Sequence record: OQ921725.1
Length of the DNA: 64,000 nucleotides
Strand: one strand, 5' to 3'
Part shown: in pieces, positions 46,823-55,350 of the stretch
Layout: each line of letters opens with the position of its first letter
Position numbering within the stretch: position 1 is the first letter of the stretch
The notes under the pieces: model-generated
Seen by the model: the letters and a program-made list of their open reading frames with translations, nothing else
Database searches by the model: none
What the model was told of the DNA's origin: nothing
Position numbers and translations under genes: made by a program

Positions 46823-47336
46823 CCCGGCCGCCCCTCGGGTAGGCGACACGGCAGACGGGCAGATACCTCAGCCGCGTCAGGAGTGACACGGCGTGGCGCA
46901 GCGAGTCCCTGACGTGGCGCTGGGCGTGCTCGTGGCCCATGTGAAGGCCCAGCGCCTCCAGCACCTCGTCGGGGACCATGTGCTTGGCCTCCACGGGCTC
47001 CTGTGCATGCACGGCTTCGAACAGCTTCCGCTCGAAGGCGAGCTGTTCCACCGATCCGATGACACGCAGGGCCGTGACGTCCTTCTGGGCCGCGTTGTTG
47101 CGCAGGTGGAAGTTCTCGTACAGGAGCTGGTGCCTTCCGGGGAACCGGCTGCTCCACTCGACGAGCTTCATCGACGGCATCGCGGAGTCCTGCTCCAGCC
47201 GTGGGTCGTAGGGCACTGTGGCCCAGTCGACCAACTCGAACTCGCGTGGCCGGATGTGCAGCAGGCTCATCCCGGTCTGGCCTCCGGGGTCCATGTTGTT
47301 GAGGAAGTACCCCTGCGCCGCGATCTCCGGATCCAT
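46788..47336 (-). CDS. RuvC-like Holliday junction resolvase
   Basis: MDPGGQTG...LLYENF...HVRDSLRHA RNase H-fold acidic triad. Confidence 0.7.
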   Translation of the reverse strand: MDPEIAAQGYFLNNMDPGGQTGMSLLHIRPREFELVDWATVPYDPRLEQDSAMPSMKLVEWSSRFPGRHQLLYENFHLRNNAAQKDVTALRVIGSVEQLAFERKLFEAVHAQEPVEAKHMVPDEVLEALGLHMGHEHAQRHVRDSLRHAVSLLTRLRYLPVCRVAYPRGGRATSPPVPRSRP

Positions 47337-47517
47337 CTGAACATCCCTTCTCTTTCCGATAATTGGTGCCTAATGAGCGAAAAGTCCTGGCGATACGTGC
47401 ACGCATGGCCGGTTCCCCTCACCGACACGGAGGGCAACCGGCACGAGGTGCAGTACCAGGAGAACGCCGAGACCCGGCAGGTGCGGTACGTACACCTGCC
47501 GAGCTGCTGGTGCCGGG

Positions 47518-49485
47518 CTACGCCGCCTTCTCGTAGCAGCCGATCCACGCCCGCGACGACGGGCTCGCACCACACGTGATCGGGACGGTCTCGAAGAAGG
47601 TCGTCAGCGCCTTCATGGCCTTCGCTGAGATCTCCTCGACGCGCTCCTCGGGGACCTCCAGCACGATCTCGTCATGGATCACGAGAACCAGCATCTCCAG
47701 CACCTCACGGTCCATCCGCAGCAGCCCGTCGCACAGGAGGTCCCGAGTCGTCGACTGACCGACCTGGGCGGGCGCCTGCGTGTACTCCTGGCCCGGGATG
47801 ACCCGCAGCGGGCGCCCCCACTTGCTGGGCACCAGGCCGGTCTGCTCGGCCTTCCGGCGGATCCGGTCGCGCCAGCGGCACAGCACCGGGAAGGCCCGCT
47901 TCATCCCGTCGTCGAACTTCCTGGTGGTCTCCAGCGGCAGCCCGGTGTGAGCCGAGGCGCCCTTCGGGCCCTGGCCGTAGTTCCAGGCGTGGGTGATGGC
48001 CTTCGCCTTGCCGCGTGCCTCGTCGTCTCGGCTTCCGAAGACCCGGAAGGCGACCTCGCGGTGCATGTCCATGCCGGGCCGGGCGAGCTTCATGTACTCC
48101 GGGTCCTGGCACCATCCGGCCACAGCTCGGGCGTCGACCTGGTCGAGGTCGATGGCGATGAAGACGTGCCCTCGCTTCGCCTTGAACATCTTGCGCTGGA
48201 GCAGCGCCGCACCGCGCTTGCCGATGTTCGTCACCGACGGCTTGATGTGGGCCCAGCGGCCGGATGCCTGAATGTCGCCGATCTGCGGGTGCACGCGGCC
48301 GTCGGGGCAGACGTTCTCCAGTACCTCTTCGGCCTTGGCGCTCGCCGAACCGACCATGATGGCCGCCTCGCACAGCTCCAGCACCTCGGGATTGTCGGCG
48401 TACTTCCGGCTCAGGCCAGGGATGGACTCCTGACCGCGCAGCCATGCGTCCTTGCCGAGGGCGTCTTTGGAGAGGGCGAGCTTGCCGCCGTTCAGGGTGT
48501 AGGGGACGTCCTCGTCACGGACTCCGGCCCGGCGCAGTGCCCGTTCGAAGGCGTCGCGCCCTTCGGTCGTGGTGAGTGGCGAGGCGCCGATCGTCTTGCT
48601 GCGCCACTTCCAGCCCATGCGCAGGTCGGGACACGGCCGCAGGAACAGCGACTCGTACAGCGAGCGCACCCGCTTGCCGTGCTTGGTGGTGCGTGGGATC
48701 CGCACCTCGACGCGTTCCTGCCAGCGGACCTCGGAGTGCGGCAGCGGCACCCCGGCTTTCTCGTGCAGCAGTTCGTACGCCTTGCTGCGCTGCTGTTCGG
48801 CCAGCTTGATCTGCCGGTGGACCTCGTCCATGTCGACGCCGAGACCCTTGAGGTACATGCCGTTCTGGATCGCCGAGATCAGCATCTCGCGCTTGACCAC
48901 GGGAATAAGGTTCCGGCGGTATGCCCGGCGCCCCATCTCGCGGTACACGTCACGCCCGGCAATGAGGTCGCCCCGCAGGTAGTCCCAGTACTCGGCCAGT
49001 TTCTGCGGGATCTTGTCGTAGCCGCCGTACTGCGCGGCCATGCGCGGCAGGTGGTCGGTCTTCCCCTCGAATCCGTAGCGCTCGGCCACGTCGTTGAGCC
49101 GGTAACTGATCCGCAGATCGGACGGAGTCAGGCCGCGCCGCGCGAGCGCCTTGAAGTTGAGCTTCACGCCGGGCCGCAGCTTCGGGTACGGCGGGTTGAT
49201 GGTGCGCTCGCCCACGAGGGTGTCGACAGCCTTCTCGGCCAGTTCGTGGTAGTTCGCGCCGCAGTGCACGGCCAGGGCCACGAGGTCGAACCCGAGGACG
49301 TTGTGCCCGTAGATCACGTTCGCGTCGCGCAGAACGTCCAGCAGATCCTGCGGGTTCGTCGAGATCTGCGGCTCTCCGTCGTCGATCACCCAGCCGACGA
49401 GCCGGACGAACGGTCCTTCGTAGCCCCCCTTGAAGAGCAGGTCGGCGCTGGCGGTCTCGATGTCGAAGCCGACTACACCGGCCAT
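47518..49485 (-). CDS. polA: Family A DNA polymerase with 3'-5' exonuclease
   Basis: ExoI FDIET; GHNVLGFD; motif A IDLDQVDAR; motif B KAITHAWNYG; motif C VIHDEIV. Confidence 0.95.
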   Translation of the reverse strand: MAGVVGFDIETASADLLFKGGYEGPFVRLVGWVIDDGEPQISTNPQDLLDVLRDANVIYGHNVLGFDLVALAVHCGANYHELAEKAVDTLVGERTINPPYPKLRPGVKLNFKALARRGLTPSDLRISYRLNDVAERYGFEGKTDHLPRMAAQYGGYDKIPQKLAEYWDYLRGDLIAGRDVYREMGRRAYRRNLIPVVKREMLISAIQNGMYLKGLGVDMDEVHRQIKLAEQQRSKAYELLHEKAGVPLPHSEVRWQERVEVRIPRTTKHGKRVRSLYESLFLRPCPDLRMGWKWRSKTIGASPLTTTEGRDAFERALRRAGVRDEDVPYTLNGGKLALSKDALGKDAWLRGQESIPGLSRKYADNPEVLELCEAAIMVGSASAKAEEVLENVCPDGRVHPQIGDIQASGRWAHIKPSVTNIGKRGAALLQRKMFKAKRGHVFIAIDLDQVDARAVAGWCQDPEYMKLARPGMDMHREVAFRVFGSRDDEARGKAKAITHAWNYGQGPKGASAHTGLPLETTRKFDDGMKRAFPVLCRWRDRIRRKAEQTGLVPSKWGRPLRVIPGQEYTQAPAQVGQSTTRDLLCDGLLRMDREVLEMLVLVIHDEIVLEVPEERVEEISAKAMKALTTFFETVPITCGASPSSRAWIGCYEKAA

Positions 49486-49499
49486 CTCTTCCCCCTCCG

Positions 49500-50447
49500 T
49501 CAGGCGATTCCCGTGGTCGCGGGGAGGAGGTACTTCTCCTCCCACGAGTACAGCAGGTCGTAGTACCTGCCGCCGAGATGCCGGGCGCGATGTGGCCTAG
49601 GCAGCTCGGGGATGCACAAATGGTAGCAGTCTTCACCGTTTCTAGGGACGGGCGTCGCCGTGAAGATGTTCTCCTTCAGGAGCATTTCCGGGAACAGGTC
49701 GCGGACCCACTCCTGGCCGTAGACGTACGGCGCCAGCTCCACGTCCCGCTGACTCGCCATGCCCTGCCAGAACATCTGGTCCTCGCGCGAGCGCACCGAC
49801 AGCGTGTCCAGGTCCGGGCCGACCGGCGTGAACTGGACACCGCGCGATGGCTCCAGCAGGACCACCTTCGGGACGCCCGTGAGCCGGGACGCCATCGCCT
49901 CGGGCACGCCCTTGTCACGGACGATGTCGGCGGCGAACAGACGGAAGGCCGTGTCCCCGCGTGTCGCCGCCTCCAGGGCCAGGTGCACCACCCGCATGTC
50001 GCACGACCCGAGCACCCGCGTGGCCTGCATGCCCTCGGGCCGGACCATCCACTTCTGGCAGGTCGTCGAGGGCAGCTCGGTCATCTCCTCGAAGAAGGAG
50101 GAGCTGAAGAGCATCAGCGGGCTGAGCAGGGTCACCGCCGCCAGCCGACGTCGCCTGCTCCACCTGCGGCGGTTCACGTGGGCCCACCAGGTGAAGGAGA
50201 GGATCTGACCCCTCTCCGCCGGGCTGTACACGTGGAGCAGATCGACGTCGGCCGGGTTGGTGTTGTACGGGCTGCGGAAGACGGTCCGGTTGGGGGCGTC
50301 CATGACGCGCTCCACGGCCCTCACGAGGTGCGGGAAGCGGTGCAGTGAGGGAACGAGCGTCCTGGCCCGGGAGACGCGCTCCTGGGGCGTTCCGTAGCGG
50401 TCCCCGGGCGGCCTCCCCGGCGGGCGCCCGGTCGGCTTTCGGGCCAC
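49500..50447 (-). CDS. Hypothetical DNA-binding protein
   Basis: N-terminal KPTGRPPGRPP (AT-hook-like); HTH-like GVPEAMASRLTGVP. Confidence 0.55.
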   Translation of the reverse strand: MARKPTGRPPGRPPGDRYGTPQERVSRARTLVPSLHRFPHLVRAVERVMDAPNRTVFRSPYNTNPADVDLLHVYSPAERGQILSFTWWAHVNRRRWSRRRRLAAVTLLSPLMLFSSSFFEEMTELPSTTCQKWMVRPEGMQATRVLGSCDMRVVHLALEAATRGDTAFRLFAADIVRDKGVPEAMASRLTGVPKVVLLEPSRGVQFTPVGPDLDTLSVRSREDQMFWQGMASQRDVELAPYVYGQEWVRDLFPEMLLKENIFTATPVPRNGEDCYHLCIPELPRPHRARHLGGRYYDLLYSWEEKYLLPATTGIA

Positions 50448-50459
50448 GCTTCCTCCGGG

Positions 50460-52745
50460 TCAGCTCCGTGCGATCGGTACGTACCGCACCCTTCCGCGTT
50501 CCATCGTCTTGTGAATCAGGCCCGCCTTGGCGAGCACATGCAGGTCCGATTCGATGTCCCTCTCCTGGATCTTAGAGCGGAACCGTGAATAGATGTCCTG
50601 CTCCGTGACGCCCTCCTTCCGCGCCTGGATCGCGGTGAGGATTTCGTTCTGCCGGGCCGCCCATTCCGAGTGGAGAATCTTGCCCGCGACGCGCGCCGTC
50701 GAGCGGTACCACTCCTCGGTCAGGTGCATGGCCTTGAGCAGGTGCGGCATCCGTACGATCTTCTCGCGCTCGGACATCGCGATGAGGACGGCCATCTTCA
50801 TCATCGAGTCGCCCATGCGCGAGGTCGTGGGCAGCAGCACTTCGGCCAGTTCGTGCTTGTCGGCCGCCGCGTACAGCTCCCACTTGGCCTTCTGGAGACG
50901 CCGCCAGGTCGGGTCGTCGAAGGGGATCATCACCGTGTCGCCCGGCTTGGTCTCCTCCATCCAGAAGGCCCGCGCGGCGAACATGTCGTTGAGCAGCCCC
51001 TGGCGCATCACGTCGTCTGCCGGGGTCTGGCCGTCGAACTGTTCGGTGAACATGCCCTCTTCGGTCATCGGCGGCGGGTCGGCCTCCGCGATGAGGAATC
51101 GGGCCAGGTGGCCGGACTGGTAGTCGCCGATCGTCAGGTGTTCGGTGACCTGCTGGAGCGTGCCGCACAGGAACATCAGGAAGTTCGTGCGGATGACTGA
51201 CAGGTCGCGGTCTTCGTGTTCCTTCAGGTTGCCCACACGCAGGGCGATCCGGACGCGGCCGGTGAACAGCTCCGTCATGTGTTCACGCACACCCGCCAGG
51301 TACCGCTTTGCGGCCTGCTCGTACAGCAGACCGTGCGCCTCGTCCCGGTAGAACACCGAGGATCGGCCGTTGCGGTCGGGCAGGATGACGCTCAGGGCTT
51401 CCGAGGTCACGTCGGAACCCAGCAGGTACGGGAAGGTGTCGTTGGACAGCTCGTCCAGGAAGTCGACCCACATCATCATCGCGGTCGTCTTCCGGGCCCG
51501 GGTGGTCGGGCCGAGGATGAAGAACCAGAGCGTGAGGTTGGTGTCGAACTTCGTGGGGCACTTGCCGAACTCGCCCAGCACGGTGGACAGGACCGTTGCG
51601 GCGCCAGCCCGGTGGTAGCAGGACGGTGCGTCGGTGCGCGTCTCGGCCCACTGCTGGTACCGGTCGACGAAGGTGTCCATCGGGACCTTGTCGCGCTCCT
51701 CGGGCAGGAGGATCGACACGGCCTCGGCGAAGTCGGCGAGCTTCTTCTCTGGGTTCTCTTCGCTCTCGTCGGCCTCCTTGCGGAAGCCGATGTCGGAGAA
51801 GCTGTTGCGCTTGGGCTGGTTGTCGGGGTGGTCGTACGCCTTGCAGAGCTGCTGCCACAGCTCACCTTCCGGCCGCCCGTCGATCTTGTACTTGTTGCAC
51901 TTCGCCGACCACGCGATGTGCATGGCTGTGATGCGGGAGACGTTCAGCCGGGACAGCAGGCTGAGCAGCTTCCACAGGGTCTTCGACCGGTCCTGGTCCG
52001 GCTTCAGGTCGGCCGCGTACAGGTCGTGAACCTCGGGGCTGGAGCGGAACACCTCGGCCGACTCGCGGATCGACTGCTGGGAGAAGTACCAGTCGCTCTT
52101 CGGCGGCATGTCGCTGGCGACGCTCGGCCGGTCCTGGGTGCTGTAGGGCGGATAGACGCTGGCCAGCGCCTTCATCGTGTACGTGGCGCCCATCTTCGGC
52201 TGGGGTACCTGCCAGCGCGGGCGGCCGTGCCGGGAGTACTTGTTGTTCGCGGTGCCCGGCACGCGCAGGAGCTGGCCAGCATCCCAGCCGCTGGGGTCGC
52301 AGCCGTCGCGGGTGTGCTCGGAGGCGATGGCCCGGGAGATGTCGATGAGCTGCTGTGGGTCGTCGGTCTCGGTGACCCAGTACAGGTGATGGCGCCCCTC
52401 GGACGTCTCGACCGCCATCGTCGGTTCGACCTTCAGGCGGTCCAGGGGCAGCGTGTCGGCGTCGGCGTAGGCGGCCCACTGGTGGGCGATGTTGCTGCCC
52501 TTGCGGCTGCTCCGGGTGCGAAACAGGGCGGGCACCGTGTAGACGTCCTTGTCGCTGCTGCCCAGGCAGAAGGCGACGAGGTCATCCCGCTGCGAGGGCC
52601 ACGCGAAGAAAGTGGTCTGCGTCGGGCCCGTCTTTTCATCCGGGTCGTACACGCCGCCCGGGAACAGTGAGATCGCGACGAAGCCCAGATCCTTTCCGTC
52701 GTCGTTGTTCTTCGGAAAGAGGGTGTCGAAGAAGACGAAGCTCAC
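50460..52745 (-). CDS. DNA primase-helicase fusion
   Basis: YADAD...VETSEGRHHLYW...LLRVPGTAN (RepB/AEP primase); P-loop ILGPTTRARKTT and RDEAHG. Confidence 0.85.
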   Translation of the reverse strand: MSFVFFDTLFPKNNDDGKDLGFVAISLFPGGVYDPDEKTGPTQTTFFAWPSQRDDLVAFCLGSSDKDVYTVPALFRTRSSRKGSNIAHQWAAYADADTLPLDRLKVEPTMAVETSEGRHHLYWVTETDDPQQLIDISRAIASEHTRDGCDPSGWDAGQLLRVPGTANNKYSRHGRPRWQVPQPKMGATYTMKALASVYPPYSTQDRPSVASDMPPKSDWYFSQQSIRESAEVFRSSPEVHDLYAADLKPDQDRSKTLWKLLSLLSRLNVSRITAMHIAWSAKCNKYKIDGRPEGELWQQLCKAYDHPDNQPKRNSFSDIGFRKEADESEENPEKKLADFAEAVSILLPEERDKVPMDTFVDRYQQWAETRTDAPSCYHRAGAATVLSTVLGEFGKCPTKFDTNLTLWFFILGPTTRARKTTAMMMWVDFLDELSNDTFPYLLGSDVTSEALSVILPDRNGRSSVFYRDEAHGLLYEQAAKRYLAGVREHMTELFTGRVRIALRVGNLKEHEDRDLSVIRTNFLMFLCGTLQQVTEHLTIGDYQSGHLARFLIAEADPPPMTEEGMFTEQFDGQTPADDVMRQGLLNDMFAARAFWMEETKPGDTVMIPFDDPTWRRLQKAKWELYAAADKHELAEVLLPTTSRMGDSMMKMAVLIAMSEREKIVRMPHLLKAMHLTEEWYRSTARVAGKILHSEWAARQNEILTAIQARKEGVTEQDIYSRFRSKIQERDIESDLHVLAKAGLIHKTMERGRVRYVPIARS

Positions 52746-52785
52746 CCGCGTCCCTCCCTTTCTCGTGCGACTTTCCGGACGCAGA

Positions 52786-52815
52786 ACGGGCGGGACCCCG
52801 GAAGGCCCCGCCCGT
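52786..52815 (-). terminator. Hairpin between the acidic protein and primase genes
   Basis: ACGGGCGGG...CCCGCCCGT. Confidence 0.5.
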
Positions 52816-52866
52816 CATGAACCGGGCGGATAACCGATCGTATCCGCCCAGCTCATCTTGCTGCGA

Positions 52867-54078
52867 TCAGAGGTTCTTGGCGCCCGCGAACTCGTCGAGG
52901 CCGCCGCCCTCGCCGTCCTCGTCCTTGGCCACCTCGGTCCACTGCGTGCCCAGCCAGACGGCGGTGACCGTCTTGCCGGTGCGCAGGAGGACGTCCACGA
53001 ACACGCCCGGCGTCTTGTCCTGCGCGATGGCGCCGACCGTGCCCCAGGTGATCTCGCCGGAGACCGTCTCGCCGTTGCGCATCTCGACCTCGACCTTGCG
53101 CTCCGGCACCGGCAGGAACTTGGTCTTCAGGTAGTCGGTGGTCTGCGCGTAGTCCTCCATCAGCGGCGCGGAGTTCTCGCCCCGGTCGGCGATGGCGTAG
53201 ACCCGGTCGTCGACCTTGACCAGCAGCTTCTCGTTGCCCTCCCAGACCTGGCCGGAGCCGTCGTTGAGGATGTAGCCGCTGCCGTCCTGCGGGGAGAAGA
53301 CGGTGACCGGGGCGCCGGTCTCGGTGTCGACCAGCACGTTGATCGGCTGGTTGTTGCCGTCGAGGCGCGGGCGGCTCTTGGTCTTCGTGGACAGCGTGAT
53401 GCACGCCATCACGACCTTGCCCTCGATCCGCTTGGCGATCTCCGGCATCGTCTTGAGGCTGACCTTCTCGCCGGGCTGCGTGGCGCTGGCGGCGACGCGC
53501 AGGGTGCGGCCGTCCTCGTTCTTGTAGCCCTTGCGGCCGGAGCGCTGCTCCTTGAAGAAGGCCGTCTTGATCGTGAGCGCGGGGCTCTCGATCTCGTACG
53601 GGTACCGGCGCTGGCCGAACTCCGGGGCGACGTGGTTGGCCTCGCAGATGAAGTACGGCAGCTCCATCTCGGTGACGACCTCGGTGGCGCCGGTCTGAAG
53701 GGCGGCCTCGACCTGGTCGAACGGCACGTAGACGCGCTTCTTGCCGTCCTCGCCGACCTTCACCGCGACGCAGACCTTGGAGGAGAGGCGCGGGGTGTGC
53801 TTCTCCTTGAACTCGGCCACCGAGATCCGGATCGGGACCCACATCTTGTCCTTGAGGCCCACGTCGAGCGGGTTGACGTAGGTGTTGCCCGCCTCGTAGA
53901 CGCGCACCTCCTCGTCGGACTCCTCCTCCTCCAGCTCCATCTCGGCGCCCGCGAAGAGGTCGTCCAGCTCGGCGTCCAGGTCGACACCCGCGAGGACGTC
54001 GCCCTCGGCCGGGGCCGCGTCGTTCACGTCGGCACCCTCGGGCTGGTTGAACGGGTCGAACTCGGTGTTGTCGCTCAT
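52867..54078 (-). CDS. Acidic, highly expressed replication-module protein (SSB-like candidate)
   Basis: Very biased codons; acidic N- and C-termini; lies between the RecT-like and primase genes. Confidence 0.5.
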   Translation of the reverse strand: MSDNTEFDPFNQPEGADVNDAAPAEGDVLAGVDLDAELDDLFAGAEMELEEEESDEEVRVYEAGNTYVNPLDVGLKDKMWVPIRISVAEFKEKHTPRLSSKVCVAVKVGEDGKKRVYVPFDQVEAALQTGATEVVTEMELPYFICEANHVAPEFGQRRYPYEIESPALTIKTAFFKEQRSGRKGYKNEDGRTLRVAASATQPGEKVSLKTMPEIAKRIEGKVVMACITLSTKTKSRPRLDGNNQPINVLVDTETGAPVTVFSPQDGSGYILNDGSGQVWEGNEKLLVKVDDRVYAIADRGENSAPLMEDYAQTTDYLKTKFLPVPERKVEVEMRNGETVSGEITWGTVGAIAQDKTPGVFVDVLLRTGKTVTAVWLGTQWTEVAKDEDGEGGGLDEFAGAKNL

Positions 54079-54109
54079 GGTGTCCTTGTCCTTGTCCTTG
54101 TGGTCCGCG

Positions 54110-55267
54110 TCAGGCACGGAGGGAGTTGACGATGGATTCCAGGTGGAGGCTCAGCGGCGCCGAGGCGTCGCCATGGCTCACCACCTCGTCTCCCTTGCCC
54201 GCTTCGCGCGCCGCCTCCTGGACGGCGTAGATGCGGGAGATCTTGTCGTCGGTGGACAGGCTGTCATCCCCGACGGTGCGCTCGGCCCAGTCGGCGAGCT
54301 GCTGCGGCGAGCCCTTCTCGGCCGCCTTGCGGGCGGCGTCGAGCATGGCCTTCTGCTTCCGGCTGCCGCCCTTGGTGACGTCGATGACCTCACCGTTGAT
54401 CGGCACGCCCTCCTCGGTCACCTCGGCCCCCAGCTCTTCGGGAGTGTAGGCGGCGGAGGCCATGGCCAGGTGGTCGTGGTCGTCCTCGGAGAGGGACAGG
54501 CCCATCTCGCCGAGGATGTTCTTGACGCCGAGGATCACGTCGATCGCACCGTCTCGCACCACACCCGACTTGGCCCGGCTCTTCAGCATCTCGGGGCCGT
54601 AGTTCTGCCAGGTGCTCTTCGAGTTGAGGCCGATCTGGTTGGCTCGCGCCATCGACCACACCGACTCGAACCGGACCAGCTTGGCCAGATCGAAGTTCGT
54701 GGTGCCGATGGAGTCGCGCAGCTCGTCGAAGTTGTACTGCCCGTGCAGTGCGGCGAGCTGCTTACGCAGGGCCGCGATCTCCTCGGGAGACGCCTTCTCA
54801 TCGAACTCGGCAAGGGCCCGGAGGTCTTCGATCCTCTCCAGGATCTGGCCGCGCTGCATCTTGTACAGGCGGTCCATGTCCTCCAGCCGGGCCAGCTTCT
54901 GGCGCCGCTCCTCCTCGCGCATCTTCTGGAAGCGCTGGAGGTCTTCGTCGGACGTCTTGCGCACCAGCACGGCGGTCGCCTTCACGGCGTTGCCCTCGAT
55001 GTGCACGGTGTGCCCGGCGGCGACGGCGAGCGCCTGCATCAGGTGGGCGCTCATGCCCGCCTTCAGGCGGCCCTTGCCGTCGGGGAAGACGAAGATGTGC
55101 TGGAAGGAGGACATCGGGTCGATGCCCAGGGCGGCGCCGAAGCGCATCATGTACTCGGCGGAGGCCGCATCACCTGCGATGTGCTCCGGCATCAGCTTCG
55201 ACTTCGACAGCCGCGCTGCTTCGGCGGGATCCACCTCGCCGGTCGTACGACGGACAAGCTCAGTCAT
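54110..55267 (-). CDS. RecT-like ssDNA annealing protein with an internal coiled-coil insertion
   Basis: GAALGIDPMSSFQHIFV; WQNYGPEMLKSRAKS; YTPEELG. Confidence 0.7.
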   Translation of the reverse strand: MTELVRRTTGEVDPAEAARLSKSKLMPEHIAGDAASAEYMMRFGAALGIDPMSSFQHIFVFPDGKGRLKAGMSAHLMQALAVAAGHTVHIEGNAVKATAVLVRKTSDEDLQRFQKMREEERRQKLARLEDMDRLYKMQRGQILERIEDLRALAEFDEKASPEEIAALRKQLAALHGQYNFDELRDSIGTTNFDLAKLVRFESVWSMARANQIGLNSKSTWQNYGPEMLKSRAKSGVVRDGAIDVILGVKNILGEMGLSLSEDDHDHLAMASAAYTPEELGAEVTEEGVPINGEVIDVTKGGSRKQKAMLDAARKAAEKGSPQQLADWAERTVGDDSLSTDDKISRIYAVQEAAREAGKGDEVVSHGDASAPLSLHLESIVNSLRA

Positions 55268-55350
55268 GCGTGCCTCGTTTTCAGTGCTTGTTCTTGTGTC
55301 GTTTTTGGTTCGCGTGGCGTCGTGTTCTTGTGTCTCCACTCTACCACTAT

